Shown: positions 25,609-38,615 of the stretch, piece by piece
How the letters are laid out: every line of letters starts with the position of its first letter
How positions within the stretch are numbered: position 1 is the first letter of the stretch
From: Callorhinchus milii
Lineage: Eukaryota
Assembly (NCBI RefSeq): GCF_018977255.1
Contig: NW_024704742.1
Coordinates: 73,658,001 to 73,722,000, forward strand
Direction: 5' to 3'
DNA length: 64,000 nt
Notes under the pieces: model-generated
What the model was told of the DNA's origin: nothing
What the model saw: the letters and a program-made list of their open reading frames with translations, nothing else
The model's database searches: none
Program-made: the position numbers and the translations under genes

Positions 25609-27245
25609 AACCTTAAGAACATAAGAAATGGTAGACGAAAAAAGACCAAGGTCCATCTAGTTCACCTTCCATCTTCCTGGCGGTCACATGCACGTATGTC
25701 CCGAACTACCCATGTACTATATCCCACAATGTTATTTCCTAAAATAAAACTATCTAATCAGTGTTTGAGAGAATCAATACTTCCTGCTTCAACCGACTCC
25801 CCAGGGAGCCTGTTCCACAGGTTCACTACTCGCTCACTGAAATAGTGTTTCTGTAGATTTGTTCTGAATCGCAGGCCCTGTTCTCTGGTTTTACTATTCT
25901 GGACAAGTTGAAATGGCCTGTCATGATCTATATTGTTTTGCCCCTTTAGAATCTTAAGGACAGCAATCATGTTGTCTCTCAGTCTTCTCTTTTCGAGCGT
26001 GAACATGCCCAATTTACTTAGTCGCTCTTCATAGTCCAGTCCCTCCATTCCCTCAATCATTTTGGTTGCGCAACTCTGTATCGTCTCGATTTCTCCAATA
26101 TCCTTTTTGTACTGTGGCAACCAGAACTGTACACAGTACTCTAAGTATGGTCTCACCAATGATTTATACAGTGGCAGGATTACCCCACTACTTCAGCTTG
26201 CTATTGACCTTTTGATACATCCCAACATCTGGTTTGCTTTACTCACTGCCACAGAGCATTGTTGGGAGAGCTTCAATTTACTGTTAATCAGAACCCCCAG
26301 ATCCTTTTCATTTTCCATACATATTATTTTCCTTCTGTTCAAATAATAGACCCTTCCAGGATTTTTTGTTGCCATGTGAAGTAATTTACATTTCTCCACA
26401 TTAAATTTAATTTGCCACCGATCTGCCCAATTCCCAAGTATGTTCAAATCCTCCTGTAACCTATCTTATTCAGCTTCACAATCTATCACCTTCATTAGTT
26501 TGGTGTCATCTGCAAACTTAGCCACTGTGCTTGCGACACCTAGTTCCAGATCATTTATAAAAATATTAAACAAGAGGTCCTAAAACAGACCCTTGTGGAA
26601 TTCCACTGGTAACATTTTCCTAGTCTGATGACATTCCCTGTACCACCGCCCTCTGAGTTCTTCTGGTCAACGTATCCATTGTAATATACTTCCACTGATT
26701 CCTACTCTCTTTACTTTCAGTACCAGCCTTTCAAGAGGAACTGTCTCAAAGACCTTACTGAAATAATAATCCTTGCATTTGAGATATAGCACTTTTCACG
26801 TCTTCTAGACATCTCAAAGCGCTTCACAGAACACACTGTAAAGTGAATTGACCGTACATTTGTGGGCGAAACGCGGCAGCCAATTGCGCACAGCAGTGTC
26901 CCACAAACAGTCGTGGATTGAAAATGACCAATTTATTATTGTTTTTGTTTTTTGGAGGGATTATTATTAGGCGTGTGGAATAAGAAAACTTGCCCTAGGT
27001 TTCACCCTGCTGGAATTGAACCCAGGTGTCTCGCTTGCAAGGCGAGTGCTCGAACCACTGAGCTACAGGACTTCAAGTAGAATTAGAGAGTTAGAGTGAT
27101 AAGTAGAGTTAGAGAGTGATACCAGTCCATTTCGGTGTTTATACTCCATACAAGCCCCACTTAACATCCACACCCTTTACCCTTATCAAGCGCCTTTGTC
27201 ACATCGTCAAAGAAAACCAGTAAATTAGACTGACAACATTCTGGA
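25609..27245 (-). mobile_element. CR1 LINE ORF2 RT and 3' end with frameshifts, interrupted by a SINE B copy
   Basis: ORFs give VRPYLEYCVQFW, LEKRRLR, WQIKFNVEKCK and EKDLGV; gtcatctgcaaactt = KFADD; taagaacataaga tail. Confidence 0.92.
26762..27073 (-). mobile_element. SINE family B, short form, nested in the CR1 RT
   Basis: Complete head-to-tail copy; CR1 sequence resumes at ~27160. Confidence 0.9.
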
Positions 27246-27299
27246 CACTCATTCAGTGAGCTTCAGGGAGATGGCACAAACTGAAACACAGAGTTCCCC

Positions 27300-27900
27300 A
27301 AGTTCCTTATCTCAGCTATTCTTCATGATATCAGGTGGAAGCATTTCACAAGGGGCTTCTGTCTCCACCAAGCAGGACTTTGGTAGCTCGTCAAATCCCA
27401 AAGAGTTTGTTGTCTAAATCCCTTTCATGAAGCATGATACAAAATAAGTTTTATGAGAACCATTCTGAGAATAAACATTAAAGACTGTCATGTACTCTTG
27501 ATAGCTTAAATCTCGCTCAACAGTCAACAAACACCAGGGAACAATTCTCTTCCACTGGCTATTGCAGGCTTCAGTGAATAATTTCCCTAAAGCCAACAGT
27601 ATTTCCACAACAGATGGTGAATATATCCTTGACTGGTAGCCTTTCCCATTCAACAGGAACGCATTAAAAATCCTGGATCCAGATGTTGAACCTGGCCTCT
27701 GTTTGCAGTGATTTGATTGGCAATGCTTAATATTTTCAAGGCCACAAAATTCAATACTTTCTATACCTTTATCTTTAACAATATACTGGCAATTTGGAGG
27801 AAATTGAGAAAAAGGACAAAGAGAAAAGGATTCTCCTATGCTCCAAAGAAAAGAGAATAGCTTTGTCAAGAAACAGCTAGGTTGCCTGGTGTTCCTCTTT
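27300..27900 (-). mobile_element. Decayed L1/Tx1-clade AP-endonuclease fragment
   Basis: ORF 27414..27869 contains SPSVVEILL...RIVPWCLLTV...TVFNVYS...KTYF, resembling the GVAIL / IVPGRLL / INVYAP endonuclease motifs. Confidence 0.5.
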
Positions 27901-28299
27901 GCAAAAACTATTGCTAGATAATCCCAAGTCTTAAATAGTCATTAGGACTCTTCTAAGGAAAATTCAGGGCTCAAAAAGCACTTGGAAAATAAAAAAAAAC
28001 ACTTCAGTGTTGCCTCAGAGCATGAAGTGCATCTCCTCCAAGAAACCCTGGGCGTCTCGTCAAGGAAATTCATGAAATTCATATGGACTCATATGGGAAA
28101 CTCAAAGAGGATAGTGACTAGTTGTGCTATGGGAATGAACTGGGAAATAGGATTCATTAAAAATCAGATAAACAGGTAGCAGTTGCACACTCACAATGGG
28201 GCTCATGTGGGGCTGAACGTTTTTATTTGAAGGCATTACCTCAACATTAAAGAAAGCAGAAATGCCAAATAAGTCAAGAAGAAATGATTACCTGATGAA

Positions 28300-28595
28300 A
28301 ACAAAACAACAAATTACATTTGTATAGTGCCTTTCAGGTTGGGAAGACGTCCCAAGGCGCTGGACAGACAAGAGATTTGGACCCGAGCAGGGTTGCGATC
28401 AGGAGGGATTGAGGTCAGGGTGGGTAGGGGTAGCCAGTGGAGCCAGGCGAGGAATGCGGTGATAGGGTCATGGAGTCTATTGCGGGAGAGGACATGAGCT
28501 GCAGAGTTCTGGATGATCTGCAGCTTGTGGAGGAAAGAGTTGGGAAGGCCGACAAGCAAGGAGTTAGCGTGGTTGAGTCTGAATGTGATAAATGT
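28300..28595 (-). mobile_element. L2 3' end with an internal deletion
   Basis: LQIIQNSAAHVL...LHWLP joined directly to the 3' UTR and tail. Confidence 0.8.
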
Positions 28596-28842
28596 GACAA
28601 TTCTGAGTTTTTAAAGCTTGTGGAATTTCATATTATTATTGTGGATTGTAGCAATAAGGTGGGTAGTTTGGGGGAAGTAAATGAGATACAGTGCAACATT
28701 TGAAGATTGGGAGGAAGAAGAGAGGAATGTTAAGAGGAAAAATGTCTAGAGAAATGATAAAATAAAAACGACAGATAGATGATAGGATCTCTCATAAATG
28801 ATGTGTAATCCATGAGTAAAACAGCTGTATCATGCACCGTGT

Positions 28843-29280
28843 CTTTCCTCTCCAAGGTGCTGCAATGAGTCACTGCTTCCCAGCTCTGCTTTTGCCTTTC
28901 CCAGCATTCCCCGCACCCCGGAACCTCTACAAACCAACTATCGCGATAAACTCGAGACTGTACCAAGACTGCCCGGGTCAATATCACCAATGACATTCTC
29001 TCCATCTGTGACCAGGGCTCTCTCCTTGTTCTCCTTGATATCTCTAATGCCTTTTACACTGTCAACCACTCCCCTTATCTACAACCTCTCTTCATCCTGG
29101 AGTCCCTCTGATCCTCTCCCTCCCCTCATTCAAGGCAAGTGGTGAATGCAAATATTTACGCTTTTAGGTATTTTCTCCCTCTTTGCCCCCCTCAGATCCC
29201 ACTCCCGACTCAGATGCCCATCCAGCATGGTAAAGCGATGTCTTCCCGACGTGAACAGCACTATATAAATGCATATTGTA
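28843..29280 (+). mobile_element. Decayed L2 RT and tail fragments
   Basis: ctctccaaggtgctg (LSKVL), accaatgacattctc (TNDIL), cttgatatctctaatgcc (LD.S.A), then an L2 tail. Confidence 0.65.
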
Positions 29281-30877
29281 TGTGTAAATGGAAGTGCAAA
29301 GATGGAATTATAAATGGTTTTAACAATGTGAACAGGAACTGGTAAAAAGGATTTATAAATCAAGAAATTAAAATATTTTCATAGCCATAATACTGCATCA
29401 GAGGCATATTTTCAACCGCATAATAATCAACACCTGCCATTCCCTCTGTACGCATGCAAAAAAAGTCAGTCATTTCACTTTATAGTATATCCTGTGAAGC
29501 ATGTTGGGATGGCCTCCCAATGTGAAAGGCGCTATGCTAAATTAAGGATTATTTAATTATTCACACTTGAACATAATACAATTGTGTTTACACATGCTAC
29601 GTTTTAGTTAACAAATGGAGCATATCAGATGACCAATATTTTATTGTATCCTATTCAAAAGTGTGCTAGATTTGGCAGTTTTGGACACTTCATGATGCCT
29701 TCAGCAGAAAAATCTATTATGTTCCACCAAGAGCTTTCTCTAGGGCTCGAAGTCTCTATGGAGCATGCTTCATTGAACACAAGCGATCAAAAGCTCTGGG
29801 TAAAATGATCAGGACCAGAATAATGCTCAAAAATAGCAGGTAAAGCTGCTCACCACAGGCTGAAGGAAATTAAATATCTACTATTCCAAGTGGACACCGT
29901 TTCATTGCAATAATTTCATTTTTTGCCTTATAACATCATTTGCTCAAACGTTTTAGATGATTTGTGCAAGGTAGACATCATGTAGTTTAATCCTTTTGTT
30001 ACCTCCGATAGCTAAATTGGTCTCCAAAAAGGCAGATACAAAAATGACAGAAGGTTTCTACAAAACAAAGTAGCACCACCATAATGTAGAAAATATTAAA
30101 ATTTTCCTAAGCAAATCCAGCTTCCTTTAAAATACTTCTGGTTATTGTTCATTTTAGTAATTAGTTTTTCAAAAGAAAGTTCTTTCAGCAGGTTGCATGC
30201 AAGGTGAACATAAAGGGATGAAAACTGTGACACTGGTGATAATTATTATGTTGGCGAAATGTGCAGCCAATAAATAACTACAGTCATTCATTGGTCCACA
30301 GGCATGACCTACTCCACCCCCAATTCTGTCACAGTGACTGGGTTGAAAGCCGCCCTGCAGCTTTGCAATTCCATAAGGATTGTGGCATTGGACTACTGGT
30401 TAGTGGAATACTGTCTTAACTTGTTTTTATTTGTTAAGTCTGTAATCTACAAAACAGCACTTCAATGCTTTTGATACCAGGGGAGCATTACACAGCATTG
30501 AATAAATCATCTAGCTCAGGCAGGATGATATTGGGGTGTATTTTGCAGTACTATTTAATAGATTTTTTAATAAGAACTTCTCAAATTTCTAAACTGCATT
30601 CTTCAGCACATTAAATGTTTCAAAATGATCAAATTTCAAAATCAGATGCTTTCTTCTGCACATTCAGTTTTGGTAGAAATTCAAATTTACACAAATCTCA
30701 TTGAGACATCTATTAATTAACAGCACAAATTGGACCTCAATGTCATTCTGCTTTAGTTATTCAGAATTTTCAATGTTATTTGGATTACATAGGTAATGTG
30801 AATTCTACATGAACGGTTGTCGTGCCCCTCATCAGCAAAGCTAGAGTGGACTAAGTGAAGAAAGCTTGTAAAGTTAC

Positions 30878-30966
30878 CTGTTCATCATTCCTGTGATAAT
30901 CATTTTCTTCTTCTGGTTTTTCATCTGTTTTCTGTTTATTTGCATCATCTTCATTATTTGTTTCAC
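30878..30966 (-). CDS. PCGF3: PCGF3 coding exon 5 (89 nt; GETNNEDDANKQKTDEKPEEENDYHRNDEQ)
   Basis: Hand translation; tttctctaag acceptor, GTAACT donor; acidic linker ending in NDYHRxDEQ. Confidence 0.93.
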
Positions 30967-32116
30967 CTTAGAGAAATAAAGAAATAAGGTCTAAACCAAC
31001 TTAATATAAGGAAATATATATGATTTTCAGGGCTTCAGAGAGATGGCTTGTGCAGTAATTCAACAATAATAAAAGTTCAATATGTATACAAAATGGTATT
31101 GTATTCATTACACTCATTCAATCAAATTAAATTGAATGGTCCTTGAATGCAACGCTGTTCTCGGGTGTCACATCTGTGAAGCCTGTTCCCAAATCAACAT
31201 TCATCTGGTTAGTGGGTATCTGTGACTCTAGTTTTCTGTTTAGTAAAATTCACTACCCGACTATGCTGCTAACTGAGAGTTAAGTGCCATGATCTGAAAG
31301 TCCAATGTTACAGACACAACTTCAGAGATACTGTCATTAAGAATGGCATGGGAAAGAGGAAAAAACATGCAATCTGCAGAATTTCTTACTTTAGCCATTA
31401 GCTTTATTTTATTTATTTTATTTTACAGCCTGCCTAAACAGGAAGCATATCTTATAATCATTTCTTATATGCAGCACCAGATATATACAATTATTATGGA
31501 AGCAAAAAAAAGTAATTTAATCCTTACGGATTTAAAATATAATTTGGTTGGAAGGAAATGAAAGTCAAAAAGCTAATCATGCCTTTCATATCTATTTTCA
31601 GATGCACTTGTTATACTTCATGAACAAATATTGAACCACTGGAGCATACAAAACAAGATATAACTAATTATCATCACTATGCATGGGCCAAATGATTCAG
31701 CACTACTTGACCAGAGGTTTAAATCACAGCTCAGAAAATTAAGTTAAAGCCATGGGACGGTGACTTTTTGAAATGATTTTCATAGTCTTTTTTTGTAGAT
31801 TCAAACTCAACTGCCCAATGGTTATAATCCCTTAAGAGAACTCCATGGTAGCTAGCAATTTTTTTATCTTTTCCAATTCAATCAAATAAAGCAGAACAAT
31901 TATTATTTGTGTGTTTTATGATGTGGTATTTTTGTCACAAAAGTTTAAATTCCAATATGGTATTCAGTGTTTTTGCCAACAATTAACTCATTACCAATAT
32001 TGTTCGTATTATTTTTGTGCTTTAAACTCATATAGGATGAAACATAAGACGATCGCACCTTGGTTATCATATTGACTCACAGAATAACTGTTATATATTG
32101 TGCATGAAAGTACTGT

Positions 32117-32428
32117 ATAATAATAATCCTTGCATTTGATATAGCGCTTTTCACGTCGGGAGGACGTCCCAAAGCGCTTCACAGAACACACTGTAAAGTG
32201 AATTGACTGTATATTTGTGGGCAAACGCGGCAGCCAATTGCGCACAGCAATGTCCCACAAACAGTCGTAGATTGAAAATGACCAATTTATTATTGTTTTT
32301 GGTTTTGGAGGGATTATTATTAGGTGTGTGGAGTAAGGAAACTTGCCCAAGGTTTCGCCCTGCCTGGAATTGAACTCAGGTCTCTCACTTGCAAAGTGAG
32401 TGCTCTAACCACTGAGCTACAGGACTCC
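32117..32428 (-). mobile_element. SINE family B, short form
   Basis: Full copy, nearly identical to 62811-63064 over their shared length. Confidence 0.92.
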
Positions 32429-32986
32429 AACCCCAGGGACCACACAAAAACAATGAAACATTTTCTATAATTGGCCAACATTGTAGTTTTACAATTATGT
32501 TGCAGCAGTCCTTTATGTTTCTAGCTAACTTTGTAGAAAATTTGTAAGATAACTGCTATACATAGTGGTTCTTAATAATTTTCAACTTTGCCTTTACTGG
32601 TGAGAGCTTCCTTGGTTTAAGAATCAGTATCAAGTTTCCTCATTACGATTCTAATTCTAAGAATTGTTTAATAAATAAATTTCATTCATCCCATCTCACT
32701 CTCTATTGTGCATGTATTTTATTATTTTCACTGCCTATTTAATTTCCACAAAAATTTCAGTGCAAAAGAAAAGAAAATGTTGATGCTGTGAAATATAGTT
32801 TTGGTTGTAGCTGGTTCAACTAATGAACCAATTAAATTTTGATAGGTAAACACGCAGGTATGTTAATCAAATATAGACTGAAGCTTAAAAACAGGATAAT
32901 ACAGGATAAGCAAAGAATAAAAGTTTACCAGGCCTAAAAGAGAAAATAGCAGTTGGCAGAAATAGTCTAACAGAAAATGAACTAAC

Positions 32987-33097
32987 CGTCATGTAGTGGA
33001 TCTAACTGTTGTTTAGCTGTGCAGGTCTCACCTTTGACCTCTCCAGGCATTTCAAGGCCAAGTTTCTGATAAAAGTCTTTTTGTTTTGTTAACTCCG
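32987..33097 (-). CDS. PCGF3: PCGF3 coding exon 4 (111 nt; AELTKQKDFYQKLGLEMPGEVKGETCTAKQQLDPLHD)
   Basis: Hand translation; tttacag acceptor, GTTAGT donor; open and in phase; resembles the PCGF3 linker (FYxKLGxExPGxxKGETC). Confidence 0.93.
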
Positions 33098-33270
33098 CTG
33101 TAAACAACAAATAATTTGTAGTTGAACAAGCGTAGATGTTAATATTTCAATCAATGTTTTATTCTTAGAAACTCTTAGATGATCTGTCTCTCCAAATAGC
33201 TTATTCAGACATAGTTTCATGCATTTTGCTGCATCTATTCCAATACATAATTACAGAAACACATTTTATG

Positions 33271-33583
33271 ATAATAATAATTCTTGCATTTGATTCAGCC
33301 CCTTATCACGTCTTTGAGTCGTCTCAAAGCGCTTCACAGAATATGCTGTAAAGTGAATTGAATGTATATTTTGTGGGCAAAACGTGGCAGCCAATTGCGC
33401 ACAGCAGTGTCCCACAAATAGTCATGAATTAAGTGACCAATTTTTTTTAAGAAAAGGGATTATTACCCTCGGAAAAGCTATCTGCCAATCAACTAACAAC
33501 CAGATTCCTACTTACTGCTGGGAATCAAATTCAGGTCCTCTCGCTTGCGAGGCGAGTGCTCTAACCCTGAGCTACAGGACTCC
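33271..33583 (-). mobile_element. SINE family B, long-form derivative with a different internal deletion
   Basis: Head joined at ..ttcccagcagtaagtagg, retaining the gttgttagttgattggc segment. Confidence 0.88.
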
Positions 33584-36500
33584 ATTATACCAGGAATACA
33601 AAAATGTAACAAATGTGGCAACTGTGATGGTTATTCAACACTCAGTAGGTTTAAGTTACAAATCTATAATACTCGTAATGGAGATACAAGTTGGATTGAG
33701 TAACTAACACTTCAATTACACAGGTTGAACTGTCGAAGGATAGAACCACTCCAATTCCCTCCAAAACTGAATATTGTGGAGGATGCATAGCAGCACTGGG
33801 AAATACGTTTTCTGACTTTGCTTACATTATTTTATCACCAGTTTAACCACAGTGAAAAGACTTTTTGGATGCCAAATTCCTAAGAAATCTAAAATATCCT
33901 ATGTACTGCCTAATACATCTAACTGCAGAGACATAAAACAACTAATTGCATGAATCTACTGGCTACAACAGGGAGGGGGGAATCCTGTTGGGATCACACT
34001 AAGAGAATTGAAGAATTGGGCATGTTGGTTTCTTGGATTATATGTCAACTGCAGGTGTTATATTGGAAGTTGATCTAAACCACTCAGCTAACAACTTGGC
34101 AGATCCTGCAGGGTGCCAGCAGCTGAATCAGAATTCAATTTATCTACTTTGGTTTACGTTGATGTAAAAATCCCAGTTAGGTTAAAGAAAAGAGTGGAAT
34201 GCCACCCAAAGAATCTCACCCCATTGGTCATGAATATCATGATAGATTTTGATGTCAAATATGTGCTCACTTGCCCTACAAATACCATTGTGTAGAATCT
34301 GAATCTGTAGTGGCTGTAGTTTGTCCAAAAAGCCGTCTCCGGTGGTTAAACTGGTCATAAAATAATGTTCGGACAGTTCCAATCAAACACTTTTGAGCTG
34401 ACACAATCCTCAATAATTCAATGCAGATGATGACTAGCCCAATACACAGTGACTGCAGAAAATATGAAAACCTTGAGTTAGTAGTCAACGTGCTCATGGG
34501 AACATGCATCAAGTACTTAGCCAGATTATCATGGTGCTCCTGCTCTATCTGGTACTCGCGAGCATCAATCTACTCACACACACACATAAAAATAACAGGG
34601 ATCATATATGTGCTGAAAGTTTCAGAGGAAACTGGTATACCCGGCTATGTGTGTGTGTGGCCATGCAACAGTCAAGTAGTATATTGCTCATGATAGGTTA
34701 GCATAACCAGGGCAAATATAAATAGTGCTTGATATCATGCCAGAGAATACCTCTGATCTGCACTACCTGCCTGCAAAGCACAAGAGTCTCTGGTGATTCT
34801 CTTATTTGACTGTATATCATTCAAATGTAATACTGTCATCATTGCAGAACCACACTGCAGCCTGTTGAGAGAGTTCATCAACTAAATCTGGTTACTCTCA
34901 AAAACATACAAAACATTTTAAATACACATTTCTACTATTTCTCGTTTTCATTTTCAATATTAAAATAAGTCAGTACAATCCATCCCATCCAGTGGTAGGG
35001 GAGTAGGGTTACACAGAGCTGCAGAATTTTCTTCTCTATAATTGTTTAATTCTGCATGTTTAATGAGAATGCAAATTGATCATAAAATAACATTTAAAAT
35101 CATGGACATGTAATCAAATCATTGCATTCAAAATACTTGATGTATAAAGTGGCAACTTCTGGAATGTTTTACAGTTGGAAGCAGTCTGACATCAGGGACA
35201 GTTAGTTTCACAAAAAAACACAATGTACGATTTCCCATGGAAATGTATGATTTCTGCCTCGATCTATGGGAATTGTACTGGATGTGTGGAATGGAGTATT
35301 TGATACTGATTAGAATTAATTTAGCAATATATATGCAAGAGACTCACAGATATTGAAGACTAGGGTACAAATCTCTGTGGACTTTGAGCCAGGGTTTGAG
35401 GCTTATGTCTAATTGAACCATTTAGCATTTGTCTGCCAGGTTTTACATTTTACTTGCAAATGCCAAGTTCGGGCACCTAAACAAAAACACTGCAATGCAA
35501 ATTTAAAACAGAGACATACCGCATGCTGAGCCGAGCTTGTAATACCATGCAAACAGTATAAGAGCCAGTCCAGTTGAATATTAAAAAGATCATCTCTGAT
35601 TCGCCAATTAAATTTCATCTTAAACATAATTTCATGTTTTCAATCATGAATGATACTCGTTATGAATGATCTTGGCATTTACAGAGATTGGATGATCTTA
35701 TGGTGGTGCCACTGCAACAGCTACATTAATTGTCATGTAAAACACTGTAAGTACCTCATACAGTGCCTTACTTTGAAATTATACAAAGTAACAGGAACAG
35801 AAACAGAAACAAACTTTGATCAGACAAAAACTACACGAGGCAGCTGCTTTTCAGAGCGCAAGCAACTTCAAACATGTCTATTCGGCAGGTCTATGCCACA
35901 GTGCTGCCAGTTCAGAATTGCTTGTGGTTCTCCAATACATATTACCTGGAGTGCCTGATAAGGTGATATGCGTGAAGTGAGCTATATAAATGCAAGTTGT
36001 TGTTGATCCCAATATTATACCCCTCGCTATAGTGCAGCTCTCCTGTGGTCTGTGTTTACTGAAGTAAGCTACACGTCCAGCACGATCCCGTGCCACACGG
36101 GCACCTAGAGCCAGTACGTCAGCTGCAGCTGCTTTCATGAGCTTCACTGCACCGAGAGACACTTCTACGAGGGAGACTTCACGGCTGAGGTATTTTCATG
36201 GCTGACCAGCTGGTATTATGTGCAGGAAACCAGCCAGTTCACATCAAAAACTGGAGGCTCAACAGAGGCAGGACTGGTACCATTTTATTCTCAGATTCAT
36301 TATACCTGTCTATTGTTTTGGGATCCGAACTAGTGTTATAATGGGGTTGTCTTGTTTTCCTTAGTATTTTTGTTTAATTGATATGAAGAAAGAAAAATCA
36401 ATGAACATGATAATCTACAGAACTGGAAAACAAAGATTCATTGCAACCCATGTGGTTGGTCCCACTGTGCCAGGCTGACACTATAACAGATTTCTTTCTA

Positions 36501-36736
36501 CCTTTCCCAGTCTTGTTATTTTTCATTAATATCTACTTTTTTTTATTCGACTCACAACTCTTCCCTCCGTATTTAAATTCTGCTCACCTTCTCCTCTCTA
36601 CTCTGCCAATTACATTAAGGTTATTTGATTTCTGCATGTCCTTATTCCTTTCTCCCACTCCCCCTATCTGATGCTTTCTGGGATTCTTACACTCTTGATT
36701 TAAGTATTTCCCCTATTTTTGGTCTATAACGATATA

Positions 36737-37040
36737 ATAATAATTTATTAAACCTTTCATTTGATATAGCATCTTATCACGTCAAGATGTGTCAAAGCAC
36801 TTCACAAGATAAAGTGCAAAGTGGATTGACTTATTTGTTGTGAGCGAAATGTGGCAGCCAGTTTGTACACAGTAATGTCCCACAAACAGCTATGGAGTGA
36901 GTGACCAATTTTATTTGGGGGTTTATTGACCAAGACACGGTGAGAAACTCCATTCTTTTCTCAAATAGTACCTTAGGATCTTTAACGCCCACCTGAACAG
37001 GCCGATGGGACCTTGATTTAACATCTCATCTGAAGGGTGA
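36737..37040 (-). mobile_element. SINE family A, 3' two-thirds
   Basis: Reverse complement of the family A body, Deu-type domain and tail. Confidence 0.82.
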
Positions 37041-37619
37041 TTTCAACTTTTGTTGTCTCTTCCTGGTAATCAGCAGGCCTGAGCTCTCTTTTATTTACCA
37101 CAATGATCCCCCTCCCCCTCCAAATCTAGTTTGAATTAAACACAATTGCTGCTTTTATAATTTGTGCCACCAGTTTAGCTCTTCATTTAGTTAGATGCAC
37201 ACCATCCTTCCTATAGGCATTTCATTCAGTGAAAATTTTTGCCAGTTATCCACAAACTTGATCAATATATAGATTGTTCTCGGGGATTATAGAAGTGTAA
37301 AAGATAGTGAATATTAATGAAGTTCAAACATATTTACAATTAAAACATGACCATTGATATTGTTGGAATCTGCACTGACTAGCTGTAATAGGCTGACTGC
37401 TTGACTGGAAAAATTATATGAAAATTGAATGCACTTATACACAGAAAAAAAGCTACTTGTTTAAATGAGATAATAAATATGTCAAACTCATATTGCTTTG
37501 AGTACAACTGAACAAATACATTTCAGAATTTTACATATATTTTGTGGGTCCAAACAAATACACTTTACTGTAATTAAACTATAAACTACAAGATCAAATT
37601 ATTGGAAACTGCTACCCAC

Positions 37620-37675
37620 CTTCTTGGAGACCAGGCACAAGTTTGTAGACGATATCTTGCATTGTTCGGTCATGT
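37620..37675 (-). CDS. PCGF3: PCGF3 coding exon 3 (56 nt; HDRTMQDIVYKLVPGLQE)
   Basis: Hand translation; ttttttgccag acceptor, GTGGGT donor; PCGF-family DxxxQDIVYKLVPGL motif; phases fit both neighbours. Confidence 0.96.
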
Positions 37676-38329
37676 CTGGCAAAAAACACGGTAAAGTAAA
37701 CTTATATAAACGCTGTAACCTAATAAATCTAAGGTTCTATACAATGGTTGATTTATTCCCCAAATTCAGCAGAGAAAGATCCAAACAATTTTTTAAATGA
37801 ACATTTCGAAATCTTTATTATAGACAGAACTAAATTTAATAGCATCCCATATTTTCATGACAATGTCAGTAAAAGTCATATCAGGCAGGCCACCATGATT
37901 GCTGAGCTGCTCTGCCACACTGTGGTCATTCTTCAACAACAATATTCAATAACATTAGAGTGAATATGACAAAAATGCAAGGATTATATAAGATACTCAA
38001 TTTATTTCAATCTTTACTTTGGAATGTTAAATTACCCACCTTTGGTGTGGGCTTCACAGTGCTCTCTGTATGGCAGTCCTGCATCCATAGATAGGTTGTG
38101 GACTGGTGTAGTAATTGTATTATTTCACTATGATGGTAGCTGGTTCCCGGCTAAAGTTAGAACTTGGCAAAGTCAGCATTCGAGTGAATGTGTATAAAGC
38201 TCATTGAGTCAGGCTGGAAACAAGCAATTTTCAACCAACATTTCTGTTTGCTTCCTCACCTATTCATGTGTTTTAAACTCTTTACAAGAAAAATCTATTC
38301 AAGGAACTACTGTATATCACTTAAGTGCA

Positions 38330-38615
38330 GAAAACTGGGACTAGAAGGCATCAATTTAAGATAATTAGCAAACAAGCAAATGGGGAGGTTAGAAGAAATT
38401 TTTTCACACAAGAAGAAGTTAGGATATGGAATGGCTTGCCAGAAGTGGTGGTTGAGGCACAATCCATGTTAACTTTCAAAAGGGAACTAGATAATTACCC
38501 TAAAAGGAGTAAACTATAGGGACATGGAAAAAGGGCAGGTAAATGGAATAGAGAGGGTAGCTGTTAAAAGAGCCTTGACCCAAATTACCTTTTTCTGAAC
38601 TGTGATTTTCTACAG
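38330..38615 (+). mobile_element. CR1 LINE 3' fragment
   Basis: TRRHQFK...RRNFFTQ.VRIWNGLPE.VVEA...FKRELD. Confidence 0.85.

Noticed and set aside
32350..32428. tRNA-like cloverleaf (also at ~2625, 20930, 27000, 33520, 49240)
   Set aside because: These are SINE heads: each is attached to the SINE body, the anticodon position varies (CAC, CGC, TGC, CTC) and the first acceptor pair is mismatched. Not called as tRNA genes.
36040..36290. Small CpG-richer patch
   Set aside because: Too short for a CpG island, with no recognisable ORF or repeat termini.
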